NCBI GenBank assembly: GCA_020428105.1 | Contig: JAGQNK010000001.1 | Span: 1,830 to 65,829 of the forward strand | Direction: 5' to 3' | Origin: Candidatus Saccharimonadota bacterium | GTDB taxonomy: Bacteria > Patescibacteriota > Saccharimonadia > Saccharimonadales > JAGQNK01 | DNA: 64,000 nucleotides | In this document: piece by piece, positions 56,107 to 64,000 of the stretch | Position numbering within the stretch: the first letter of the stretch is position 1 | Layout: each line of letters opens with the position of its first letter | The notes under the pieces: model-generated | The model's input: the letters and a program-made list of their open reading frames with translations, nothing else | Database searches by the model: none | Told to the model about the DNA's origin: nothing | Position numbers and translations under genes: made by a program

Positions 56107-56153
56107 GAAGGCTCGGCAGCGTTGGATTACGCAGGTTCTGAACCTTCTTTTTT
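56107..56153 (+). terminator. Rho-independent terminator after the island genes
   Basis: gaaggctcgg...ctgaaccttc stem (one mismatch, one G-U pair) followed by ttttttatt. Confidence 0.55.
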
Positions 56154-56505
56154 ATTTGAAATACCTTCTTTTGACCGTCCAGTAGTAAATAGTTAGTAAA
56201 ATTAACGGTAAGAAAACAGTGGAAGTTTTTACCGCTGCGTCTGTTTGATCTTTAGGGGTATAGTACGCAAAAGTTGCTATGACTAGCCCCACCACAGTAA
56301 TGCTATATCCGATTAGACCCCATAGCCTTCCTATGAAAAGCCCAACAACAAAAATAAATTGCATGATTCCGATTACTGGAACTAAAAAGTCATAAGTATT
56401 ATGCACATCAGCGAAACTAAATAAAGTAAGTGACCCTAGTGCTATGAATGGACTTATAACCATTAAAACAAATGTTGAGATTACTGGACGTGAAGGTTCA
56501 TTCAT
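56152..56505 (-). CDS. Small four-TM membrane protein (117 aa)
   Basis: Four hydrophobic helices. No motif. Confidence 0.5.
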   Translation of the reverse strand: MNEPSRPVISTFVLMVISPFIALGSLTLFSFADVHNTYDFLVPVIGIMQFIFVVGLFIGRLWGLIGYSITVVGLVIATFAYYTPKDQTDAAVKTSTVFLPLILLTIYYWTVKRRYFK

Positions 56506-56606
56506 AGACCAATCTTAGCATAAACTTATTAGGCTGTAATCTACTAATATATTTTGCATCCGATTTCATTCCTTGATGTTAGGGTATACTCTCGCAGACC
56601 TTCCAC

Positions 56607-56635
56607 TTGACAAGTGATGTAAAAATTGCTATAAT
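56607..56635 (+). promoter_or_regulatory. Consensus promoter TTGACA-17-TGcTATAAT driving a leaderless ORF
   Basis: ttgaca at 56607-56612, tgc at 56627-56629, tataat at 56630-56635. The ATG at 56642 is 6 nt downstream. Confidence 0.7.
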
Positions 56636-56641
56636 TAGCAC

Positions 56642-56938
56642 ATGTCAATAAATCCCGAGCACCAAGGAAATCAAAAACCCACACTAGCCGATAATCCTTG
56701 GCTACGACGCGAGGCCGGCGAAGGCTGGCTACCGCAAGGAATGAACGAGACGCTGCTCGAGACCTTAGTTGCCCGCGAAGAGGCGATAGATCGATTAGCC
56801 GAGGGTGATAGCTCTGACGAGACCCTGAGGAATACTTATCAAGCAAAAATTGAACACGTACGAGAAACAAAAGAAAAGCTGGGGATTGGCGAGCCCTCAG
56901 CATTAGGCGAAGACAAAGACCCTAGCATAACAGAGTAA
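56642..56938 (+). CDS. Hypothetical acidic protein (98 aa)
   Basis: ORF immediately downstream of a consensus promoter. No motif. Confidence 0.5.
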   Translation: MSINPEHQGNQKPTLADNPWLRREAGEGWLPQGMNETLLETLVAREEAIDRLAEGDSSDETLRNTYQAKIEHVRETKEKLGIGEPSALGEDKDPSITE

Positions 56939-56962
56939 AAGCATGTAAACTAAAAAACGCAT

Positions 56963-59167
56963 ATGGCAAAAAAGAAAAAACAAACCCGCAAGAAAAAAAT
57001 CGAACCAGAAATTGTTGAGCGTTCAACTTTTTGGCCGATGGCTGGTGCTATTTTTCTGATAATTACTGCGTTTTTTTTGTTGCTTGGCGGTTTTGGCACT
57101 GGCGGACCACTTCCGGTCGGTATGTTTCGCGGTACATATGCTGTTTTGGGCTGGATGGCGTACTTGGCGCCAGTTGCTTTGACTTTTTTTGGCATCTGGA
57201 AGTTCACTAGCGAAGACCGCCAGATTCCGCTTACTAAGTTTGCGAGCATGATTGCATTTATAACTTTTGCATCAGCGTGGGCGCATGTTGCGTTTGTGAG
57301 CAAGGATGAACTAGGTGAGTTTATGGGTGGTCATGGTGGTTTTCTGGGTAGTATTGTTGGTGGACTTATGCTGAATGCACTAGACACCATTCCGGCTTCT
57401 GTGTTGTTCTTTGTGCTAGGGCTACTGATGTTTTTCTTGGCTTTTGGTATTTCACCAAAGGTGATTTTGGATTTGGCAGATATGTTCAAAAAGCCTAAGC
57501 GTGAGGATACGGATCTGGCTGAACTCAAGACAAAAGCGGCAGACAGTGGATTTAAGCTTAATGAAGGTGTTCCGGTTGAGCATCATACTCCAAAAGAGCG
57601 GGCTAGGCTCACTACACTCAAAAACACTGCCGTTAAGCTAACGCCTACAGAGGATCACGCCGCACTAACAGCCGTGAGTGATCCAGATTGGAAATTTCCG
57701 GGACTTAATTTGTTGAATCAAAAACAGGACAAAGCAGATGCAGGTGACGTTGAGGGAAATGCTGAGACTATTCGGGAGACATTCAACAACTTCAACATTG
57801 ATGTCGAGATGGAGGGGGCCAATATTGGTCCGCGCGTGACACAGTTTACCCTAAAGCCACCAACAGGGGTTAAACTGACCAAAATAACAGCTCTAGAGAA
57901 CAACCTAGCTCTCGACCTTGCGGCTCATTCTATCCGTATGGAGGCGCCAATTCCTGGCAAACGAGCAGTTGGAATCGAGGTGCCTAATATCAAATCAGCA
58001 ACGGTGCGTATCAGCTCATTGCTGCAGTCCAATGAATGGGCTCGGCTCGATAGTCCACTCGGGTTTGTGATTGGTAAAGACATTTCTGGTACGCCTGTTG
58101 TGGGTAACTTGGCGAAAATGCCTCACTTGCTAGTAGCTGGGCAGACTGGCTCTGGTAAGTCTGTGATGATCAATACTATTCTGACTAGCTTGTTGTACCG
58201 TAATAGCCCGTCGGATTTGAAGCTTATTCTTGTTGATCCCAAGCAGGTTGAGCTTAAGCCTTATGATGACATACCTCATCTGTTAACACCTGTAATTACT
58301 GAACCAGAGAAATGTATTAGCGCGCTTAAATGGACAGTCGCAGAGATGGAGAGACGTTATAAAGCGCTCAGTGAGGTACGGGTAAGAAATATTGTTGAGT
58401 ACAATAACAAAAAGAATGAAGAAGGTATGCCCTACATCGTGGTGGTCATTGATGAGCTCGCTGACTTGATGATGATGGCTGCAAGAGACGTTGAGTCACT
58501 AATTGTGCGCATAGCACAAAAGGCGCGTGCTGTTGGCATTCACCTTATTTTGGCTACTCAGCGCCCCTCAGTGGACGTCATTACTGGTTTGATTAAAGCT
58601 AATGTTCCTGCCCGTATTGCCTTTACTGTGGCTAGTCAGGTCGACTCTCGTACGATTATTGACCAAATGGGTGCAGAAAAGCTGCTCGGTATGGGTGACA
58701 TGCTACTGTATACGGCGGATATGCCAAAGCCAAAACGCGTACAAGGAGCATTTATTGATGATAACGAAACAAACAAGGTTACTGATTTCATAAGGGATCA
58801 ACGAGAACCACAGTTTGATGACGAGATTATTTCTCAGCCGGTACAGATTGGCAAAGGTGGCGTCGTTGCTGATATGAGCGGTGGAAACGATGCAGATGAT
58901 CCGGTCTACAAAGAAGCGGTTCGGGCAGTGATTGAAGGACGCAAAGCTAGCACTAGCTTGTTGCAACGCCGACTACGAATTGGATACGGTAAGGCAGCTA
59001 GATTTATGGAAACTATGGAAGAGCAGGGCATAATCAGCTCAGCAGATGGCAACCGACCTCGTGAGGTGTTGGTAAACTCTGTGGACGAAGTGTTTGGTGG
59101 CGGTAGCCCAAGCAGTTTAGCGATGGATGCGGTACTCGACGAGAACTTCCCATCACAGGATGCCTAG
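56963..59167 (+). CDS. ftsK: DNA translocase FtsK/SpoIIIE
   Basis: N-terminal TM domain, Walker A AGQTGSGKS, VVVIDELADLMM, and a C-terminal gamma wHTH (STSLLQRRLRIGYGKAARFME). Confidence 0.95.
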   Translation: MAKKKKQTRKKKIEPEIVERSTFWPMAGAIFLIITAFFLLLGGFGTGGPLPVGMFRGTYAVLGWMAYLAPVALTFFGIWKFTSEDRQIPLTKFASMIAFITFASAWAHVAFVSKDELGEFMGGHGGFLGSIVGGLMLNALDTIPASVLFFVLGLLMFFLAFGISPKVILDLADMFKKPKREDTDLAELKTKAADSGFKLNEGVPVEHHTPKERARLTTLKNTAVKLTPTEDHAALTAVSDPDWKFPGLNLLNQKQDKADAGDVEGNAETIRETFNNFNIDVEMEGANIGPRVTQFTLKPPTGVKLTKITALENNLALDLAAHSIRMEAPIPGKRAVGIEVPNIKSATVRISSLLQSNEWARLDSPLGFVIGKDISGTPVVGNLAKMPHLLVAGQTGSGKSVMINTILTSLLYRNSPSDLKLILVDPKQVELKPYDDIPHLLTPVITEPEKCISALKWTVAEMERRYKALSEVRVRNIVEYNNKKNEEGMPYIVVVIDELADLMMMAARDVESLIVRIAQKARAVGIHLILATQRPSVDVITGLIKANVPARIAFTVASQVDSRTIIDQMGAEKLLGMGDMLLYTADMPKPKRVQGAFIDDNETNKVTDFIRDQREPQFDDEIISQPVQIGKGGVVADMSGGNDADDPVYKEAVRAVIEGRKASTSLLQRRLRIGYGKAARFMETMEEQGIISSADGNRPREVLVNSVDEVFGGGSPSSLAMDAVLDENFPSQDA

Positions 59168-59192
59168 CCAGTTGACGGCAAAAGAGCATATG

Positions 59193-59221
59193 TTGACTAA
59201 CAGAGGTAGATAAGATATACT
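59193..59221 (+). promoter_or_regulatory. rpsF operon promoter (TTGACT, 17 nt spacer, TATACT)
   Basis: ttgact at 59193-59198 and tatact at 59216-59221, about 66 nt upstream of the rpsF ATG. Confidence 0.55.
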
Positions 59222-59287
59222 TGTACTGATATTAACTCAGCTCGTATCCAAAGTGAGTGCGGGCTTTAACCAAAGGAGATGCTATTT

Positions 59288-59668
59288 ATGGCACAATACG
59301 AGATTGCCGTACTTTACCACCCGGACCTAGAAGTCGATTTGACCAAGGCAGAGGAAAAGGTCACCAAGCTTTTCACCGATAACGGTGGCAAAGTAATTGC
59401 AACAGACAATTGGGGCAAGAAAAAGCTTGCTTACAAAATTGCCAAGCAAGATTTTGCTGTATATGTCTTCTATACCGTAGAATTGCCCGGCGAGAACGTC
59501 AAGAAGGTAGAGAGTACGCTTAATATTACCGACGAAGTAATGCGCTTTCTTATTACCAAGCCAGATCTCAAGGCTATTGCAAAGGCAGAAGCAGCCAAGG
59601 CCGACAAGGCCAAAAAAGCTGCCGAGCGTGGCGATAGGGCCGACGATTCTGACGACGACGAAGAATAG
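59288..59668 (+). CDS. rpsF: 30S ribosomal protein S6 (acidic C-terminal tail)
   Basis: MAQYEIAVLYHPDLE.. with an AAAGGAG Shine-Dalgarno sequence and a tail of ..DDSDDDEE. Confidence 0.93.
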   Translation: MAQYEIAVLYHPDLEVDLTKAEEKVTKLFTDNGGKVIATDNWGKKKLAYKIAKQDFAVYVFYTVELPGENVKKVESTLNITDEVMRFLITKPDLKAIAKAEAAKADKAKKAAERGDRADDSDDDEE

Positions 59669-59722
59669 GTTACAATAAGGACACAAATTAACAAGACATA
59701 GTTCTTATAAGGAGGGAAACGA

Positions 59723-60178
59723 ATGGCACGTTCATTCAATCAAGTCATCTTAATGGGAAATCTTACGCGAGATCCTGAGCTGAGACAGACACCAAATGGT
59801 ACTTCTGTTACAAGCTTTAGCCTTGCGCTGAACCGCAGTTACAAAGGGGCTGACGGTAATTGGCAAGAGGCTACAGACTATATCGATATAGTCGCATGGG
59901 GGCCACTTGGGGAGCGCGTAGCGCAGTATCTAAGCAAAGGTCGCCCATGTTTGGTCAACGGTCGACTTCAGTCACGCAGTTGGGACGACAAAGAATCTGG
60001 TGCAAAACGAAGTAAAGTAGAAGTAGTCGCACAAGATGTAACCTTCCTAGGTGGTCCAGGTGGAGACAACGGTGGTGAAGGCGGATCGGCTAGTAGTAAG
60101 CCAGCCGGCAAAAAAGACGATGTTGTAGTGGAGGACATTGGTGACGAGCCAATCAACTTAGACGACATCCCCTTTTAA
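59723..60178 (+). CDS. ssb: Single-stranded DNA-binding protein
   Basis: SFNQVILMGNLTRDPELRQTPNG OB-fold N-terminus, a Gly-rich linker, and the C-terminal DDIPF tip. Confidence 0.95.
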   Translation: MARSFNQVILMGNLTRDPELRQTPNGTSVTSFSLALNRSYKGADGNWQEATDYIDIVAWGPLGERVAQYLSKGRPCLVNGRLQSRSWDDKESGAKRSKVEVVAQDVTFLGGPGGDNGGEGGSASSKPAGKKDDVVVEDIGDEPINLDDIPF

Positions 60179-60327
60179 CAAATTTTAGGCTACACGGTTC
60201 AGGCGAAAGTTTGCGTCAAAAATCTTCACTGTAGATGACTACAGTTCGGATTTTGTGCTCGGCTTTCATCCCGAACCGCGCTAACCAAAATTCGTTAAAA
60301 ATAATCAACGAAGAAAGGAATAAACTT

Positions 60328-60531
60328 ATGGCAAAGATTTTTAAACACCGAACAGACGTAGCATATTTTGACTACAAGGACTTCAAGACCTTGCAGCGAT
60401 ATGTTAATCAATTTGGTCAGATTGAAACACGCAAAAAGACTGGTCTCAAAGAGCATGAACAACGACGTTTGGCTGTGGCCATCAAGCGTGCAAGACACAT
60501 TGCATTACTGCCCTTTGTAGCTAATAATTAA
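60328..60531 (+). CDS. rpsR: 30S ribosomal protein S18
   Basis: [47 protein letters not shown]. Start taken at MAKIF with a GAAAGGAA Shine-Dalgarno sequence. Confidence 0.93.
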   Translation: MAKIFKHRTDVAYFDYKDFKTLQRYVNQFGQIETRKKTGLKEHEQRRLAVAIKRARHIALLPFVANN

Positions 60532-60561
60532 ATTATTATTTGAGCAAAGCGGAGGCAAGTT

Positions 60562-60873
60562 ATGGATGATTATCATCGAAATCTAGAAAGACAGCTACAG
60601 GACTTACGGTTTAAGGTTCATGATAGCTTTGACAATATAAATCATCCGACAGCTCGGCTGATTAGCAATGAGCTAAAAAACGCAGAAGATGCAGCACAGG
60701 GCAACCAAAATCTCCGATCAATAGAAGACCGTCTAAAGGTCGTACAGAGGCAGCTTCAACAATCACAACAACTGAATAGTCAGGAAAGGTTTATCAACCC
60801 TGATCATTCAGACCAGTTTTACCACCACCTAGAGAACATGCGTATGGACATGCGTCGACAACCTCATTATTAA
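60562..60873 (+). CDS. Hypothetical helical protein (103 aa)
   Basis: GGAGG Shine-Dalgarno sequence; Q/R/E-rich helical sequence. No motif. Confidence 0.5.
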   Translation: MDDYHRNLERQLQDLRFKVHDSFDNINHPTARLISNELKNAEDAAQGNQNLRSIEDRLKVVQRQLQQSQQLNSQERFINPDHSDQFYHHLENMRMDMRRQPHY

Positions 60874-60885
60874 GGAGATAGTTAA

Positions 60886-61173
60886 TTGTCACAAGAAAGA
60901 TATGTTCAACAGTTAGTTGCCAGGATTCATAGCATAGGACAGACCCACGAATCACTCACGGTAGCTAGAGCAACTAGCCAAAAAGAGAGCCTGTTGCTTG
61001 AGCTTAAGAAAACTGCCTCTATGCTATTTGGCGCAGCTTCTTCTGGCCAGGATGTTAAGGAGTTGGTAGATAAGCTTGAAGCGGAGTTGATGATGGCGCG
61101 TACTCTAGATGTTGTGGGTGACAAGGACTATAAAGAGTTACAGGATTTGATAATAACCGTGAAGGAATCATAG
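60886..61173 (+). CDS. Hypothetical helical protein (95 aa)
   Basis: AAGGAG Shine-Dalgarno sequence (60872-60877) 8 nt upstream of the TTG start, overlapping the previous stop. Confidence 0.5.
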   Translation: MSQERYVQQLVARIHSIGQTHESLTVARATSQKESLLLELKKTASMLFGAASSGQDVKELVDKLEAELMMARTLDVVGDKDYKELQDLIITVKES

Positions 61174-61175
61174 AT

Positions 61176-61739
61176 ATGGCATTAGGAGTTACAGATCTCA
61201 AGAAAGGTCAAGTATTCCAGATGGATGGTACGCCGTACCGTGTCGTGGAATATGCACAAAAGGTTGTGGGTCGGGGCGGATCTATTGTCAATGTCAAGAT
61301 CAAGAGCCTTACGGACGGCAAGGTACTCGCCAAGACGTTCAAGGGCAACGAATCGATTGAACCAGCAGATATTACCAACAAGTCTGTACAGTACCTTTAC
61401 AATGATGGTTCAACATTTTTCTTTATGGATGAAGACACCTATGAACAGTTTGAGCTATCATCCGAAGATATGGCAGATCAAGCAGGATACATGAAAGAAG
61501 GCGACAAGGTTCAGGCGCAATTCTTTGATGGGCGTGTTATCAATATTGAACTCTCCAAGAATGTACCCCTTAAGGTTACCTATACGGAGGATGTGGTCAA
61601 AGGCGACACTACATCGAGTGTCCTGAAGGACGCAACGGTCGAAACAGGCATTGCCGTAAAGGTCCCGGCGTTTGTAAAAGTCGGTGATGTAATTAGTGTA
61701 GATACGACTACGGGCGCTTACCGCGAACGTGTCAAATAG
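61176..61739 (+). CDS. efp: Elongation factor P
   Basis: 187 aa; aligns by eye along E. coli EF-P (DGTPYRVVEY..KVVGRGGSIVNVKIKSLTDGKVLAKTF). Confidence 0.93.
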   Translation: MALGVTDLKKGQVFQMDGTPYRVVEYAQKVVGRGGSIVNVKIKSLTDGKVLAKTFKGNESIEPADITNKSVQYLYNDGSTFFFMDEDTYEQFELSSEDMADQAGYMKEGDKVQAQFFDGRVINIELSKNVPLKVTYTEDVVKGDTTSSVLKDATVETGIAVKVPAFVKVGDVISVDTTTGAYRERVK

Positions 61740-61750
61740 GGGGTTATAGC

Positions 61751-62017
61751 ATGAATGGAATGATTGCTTTTTTAGGTACCGGGCCTTGCAATTCAGCAGA
61801 TGTCCTCAAGGGCAGGATTGGTCAGTGGGCACTAGTTATTGTTTTTGTTGTTGCCAGTATTGTTATTGTCAGAAATAAAATTCTGAATAAAAATCTCAGC
61901 TTATTAAGGAAATTAATTTATATTGTCTGTCTTGTCGCACTGGGTATAGTTGCCGCATTAGCCATATTTATTATCGGTATTGGCACCGCATGCTCGGGTT
62001 ATGGTGGATACTTGTAG
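61751..62017 (+). CDS. Small membrane protein (88 aa)
   Basis: Two long hydrophobic helices. No motif. Confidence 0.4.
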   Translation: MNGMIAFLGTGPCNSADVLKGRIGQWALVIVFVVASIVIVRNKILNKNLSLLRKLIYIVCLVALGIVAALAIFIIGIGTACSGYGGYL

Positions 62018-62133
62018 CGTCTTGGGTTGTTGTACATCGATGGTAGATTGGCTTTATAGACAATAGTTGTCTTGATACGAGACAGACTAGATAACCGGCA
62101 CAAGAATGAGAGTAATTAAGAATATAGAAAACT

Positions 62134-62592
62134 ATGAAATTTGAAGTTCATCAATCAGTTGGAGCGATTATTATCGATGGTGATGATTGTGTATTGCAAG
62201 TTCGTGACAATAAGGACGGTGTGCTCTGGCCAGGAAAAATTCATTATTGGGGTGGTGCAGTTGAGCCAGATGATGAATCTAGCCCAGAAAAGGCTATCTT
62301 GCGTGAACTCAAGGAAGAACTAGACATTGATCTACGTGAAGTGGATCTTGTACCATTTCATCGTATGTCGGTGGCGTACAATAACCCAGACAATAAACAC
62401 GGCGAAATGTCGGTGCATTTGTATATCGCTAACTTGACCACACGGCGAGCTCTACATGCCTATGAAGGTTCAAATATTTTCAGGTTGAACAAGAATTATC
62501 TTGTATCGGAACTAGATAGTTTAGAGATTACCCCATATCTTCACGAAGCACTGATAGGACTAAGAGATTATTTTGAAAAATACTATGAATAA
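62134..62592 (+). CDS. NUDIX hydrolase
   Basis: Nudix box GGAVEPDDESSPEKAILRELKEELDI (GX5EX7REUXEEXGU). Confidence 0.85.
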   Translation: MKFEVHQSVGAIIIDGDDCVLQVRDNKDGVLWPGKIHYWGGAVEPDDESSPEKAILRELKEELDIDLREVDLVPFHRMSVAYNNPDNKHGEMSVHLYIANLTTRRALHAYEGSNIFRLNKNYLVSELDSLEITPYLHEALIGLRDYFEKYYE

Positions 62593-63313
62593 ACATCGCT
62601 TAGATCTTGAGCTGGTGTCGCGTGGCATTATAGCTACTCGTAGTCAGGCTGAAAGCTACATTCGACTTGGTAAAGTAGTTGTGAACAAGAAAATTGTTAC
62701 CAAAGCTGGCACTTTAGTGACAGCAGACGACAAAATTCGATTGATTGCCAAACAGCAGTATGTTAGTCGGGCGGGACTGAAACTTGCTAGTGTTACTAAA
62801 GTACTTGGCTTGGACTTTCGTAAAAAAGTTGTACTTGATGTAGGTAGTAGTACGGGCGGTTTCACTGATTTTGCTTTGCAGCATGGCGCTAGTTGGGTGA
62901 TAGGTGTCGAGTTAGGTACAAAGCAGCTACACCCTAGCTTAGTTGGACATCCAAAGATTGAGCTCTATGAGAAGACCGATATTCGTGATGTCAGATCTCT
63001 GTCACAAACACCGCAGATAGTTGTTATTGACGTTTCTTTCGTTTCGCTCAGAGATATTTTGCCCAGTGTGGCACGCTTGTGCGATAAGAATACGCAGATT
63101 ATAGCGATGGTAAAGCCGCAGTTCGAGGCTCAAATGAGTGGTCAGAAGCACAAAGGTGTGATAAAAAATGATGCAATGCGCCGTAAGATACTGCGGGATT
63201 TTGAAACATGGGTAAAAACATTATTCGTCATATCAGATAAAGCAGATTCAGAAGTTGCTGGATTCAAGGGCAATAGAGAGCGATTTTATTTGCTGAAAAA
63301 GAACTCTAACTAA
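62585..63313 (+). CDS. tlyA: TlyA-family rRNA 2'-O-methyltransferase
   Basis: S4-like N-terminus (RLDLELVSRGIIATRSQAESYIRLGKVVVN) and the FtsJ SAM motif VLDVGSSTGGFTDF. The start overlaps the NUDIX stop by 8 nt. Confidence 0.85.
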   Translation: MNKHRLDLELVSRGIIATRSQAESYIRLGKVVVNKKIVTKAGTLVTADDKIRLIAKQQYVSRAGLKLASVTKVLGLDFRKKVVLDVGSSTGGFTDFALQHGASWVIGVELGTKQLHPSLVGHPKIELYEKTDIRDVRSLSQTPQIVVIDVSFVSLRDILPSVARLCDKNTQIIAMVKPQFEAQMSGQKHKGVIKNDAMRRKILRDFETWVKTLFVISDKADSEVAGFKGNRERFYLLKKNSN

Positions 63314-63384
63314 CCAGTTAGTATAATTACTAAGACACTTATATCCCCTGAATCTACGCTTTTGCTTATGTTATACTCAAGAAG

Positions 63385-64000
63385 ATGTACTTTAGGAGTA
63401 GAGCAGAGGCCGGCAGGATGCTGGCCAAGAAGCTTGAGCAATACAAACAATCAAACACAACCATAGTAGCGCTCAGCCCGGGTGCGGTAATTATTGGCGC
63501 GCAGATTGCCATGCAGCTTCATTCGGCGCTGACGATGTTGCTTACCGAAAATATCGTATTGCCAGGGGAGAATGATGCTTTGGCAGTAATTGCTTCGAAC
63601 AATACATTCACCTACAACGACAAGTTTTCTACAGGTGAACTTGAAGAAATGCGTAGCGAATACCTTGGCGTGATAGAGGGGCAAAGAATAGAAAAATTGC
63701 ACAAATTGCATGCCCTTCTGGGTCACGGCGGAGAAATACACAGAGAACTACTACAGCGACGTACGGTTATTTTGGTGTCGGATGGCTTGAGCAGCGGGCT
63801 TTCGCTGGATCTTGCGAGCGACTACCTCAAGCCCGTAAGGGTAAATAAACTGATAGTCGTAACTCCCATAGCCAGTATCCAGGCTGTCGACAAGATGCAC
63901 TTGGTCGGTGACGAGATTATTTGCCTCAGCGTATTAGAGAATTATATGGACACAAATCATTACTACGACGACAACAATATTCCTCCCATGGATGACCTGA
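63385..64000 (+). CDS. Phosphoribosyltransferase-family protein (runs off the right edge)
   Basis: Own translation: MYFRSRAEAGRMLAKKLEQYK...RRTVILVSDGLSSGLS (PRPP-binding loop). ATG lies 7 nt after TATACT. Absent from the ORF track because it is open-ended. Confidence 0.7.
   Translation, partial: MYFRSRAEAGRMLAKKLEQYKQSNTTIVALSPGAVIIGAQIAMQLHSALTMLLTENIVLPGENDALAVIASNNTFTYNDKFSTGELEEMRSEYLGVIEGQRIEKLHKLHALLGHGGEIHRELLQRRTVILVSDGLSSGLSLDLASDYLKPVRVNKLIVVTPIASIQAVDKMHLVGDEIICLSVLENYMDTNHYYDDNNIPPMDDL

Noticed and set aside
56108-56147. The segment gcaggttctgaacc, resembling a tRNA T-arm fragment, as a possible att site of the island.
   Set aside because: It does not match the GGTTCGAAT consensus well, no matching direct repeat was found at the left boundary, and it folds convincingly as a terminator hairpin instead.
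63451-63741. A 96-aa minus-strand ORF near the right edge.
   Set aside because: It is antisense to an open-ended plus-strand PRTase-family gene (63385 onward) that has a clear PRPP-binding loop.
1-64000. An alternative genetic code (UGA read as Gly, as in some CPR lineages).
   Set aside because: Standard-code ORFs give full-length GroEL, PolA, PNPase and FtsK. TGA is used as a stop, for example at the PHP gene end (15194-15196), where the next gene starts in the ATGA overlap.
1-64000. A CRISPR array, rRNA or tRNA genes, or a reverse-transcriptase/DGR cassette.
   Set aside because: None of the gaps longer than 100 nt contains regularly spaced direct repeats, a cloverleaf candidate or an RT-like ORF.

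Overview
The window is a gene-dense, mostly plus-strand stretch of housekeeping genes from a small bacterial genome. Mid-40s % GC is a by-eye estimate. I infer a Candidatus Saccharibacteria/Patescibacteria (CPR)-like organism from the gene content; this is not proven. The standard genetic code fits: GroEL, PolA, PNPase, RNase J and FtsK all come out full length.

Recognisable genes: valS (partial), a LOG-family gene, tsaD, murE, groES/groEL with a perfect CIRCE operator, an archaeal-type PGI/PMI, argS, mscL, msrB, orn, dnaG, rpoD plus a second sigma-70 factor, polA, mutM, holA, rpsT, truB, bcp, rpsO-pnp, a family-4 UDG, rnj, ftsK, rpsF-ssb-rpsR, efp, tlyA and a partial PRTase gene. I saw no rRNA, tRNA or CRISPR array.

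Five things most deserve a second look:
1. 14673-16488: a tightly overlapped minus-strand lipid operon (CDP-alcohol phosphatidyltransferase, PHP phosphoesterase, archaeal-type CarS/DUF46 CTP-transferase), stop-to-stop with a PIG-L deacetylase.
2. About 53.4-56.15 kb: a probable foreign island. It holds a GC-richer IS1595-type transposase, a 405-nt non-coding region with an abrupt C/T-rich to G/T-rich switch and TGAGT repeats, a replication-relaxation-like wHTH protein, and a small PD-(D/E)xK nuclease resembling polymorphic-toxin nuclease domains.
3. A DnaG primase in which all four zinc ligands are substituted.
4. A translationally coupled pair whose second member has protein-kinase-like motifs.
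5. A pseudo-DHH protein with a long Pro-rich tail carrying three copies of a TLxxIEEKVDSPH-like motif.

Many genes have consensus extended -10 boxes only 6-9 nt upstream of the start codon, which suggests widespread leaderless mRNAs. All functional calls rest on motif recognition by eye; no database search was run.
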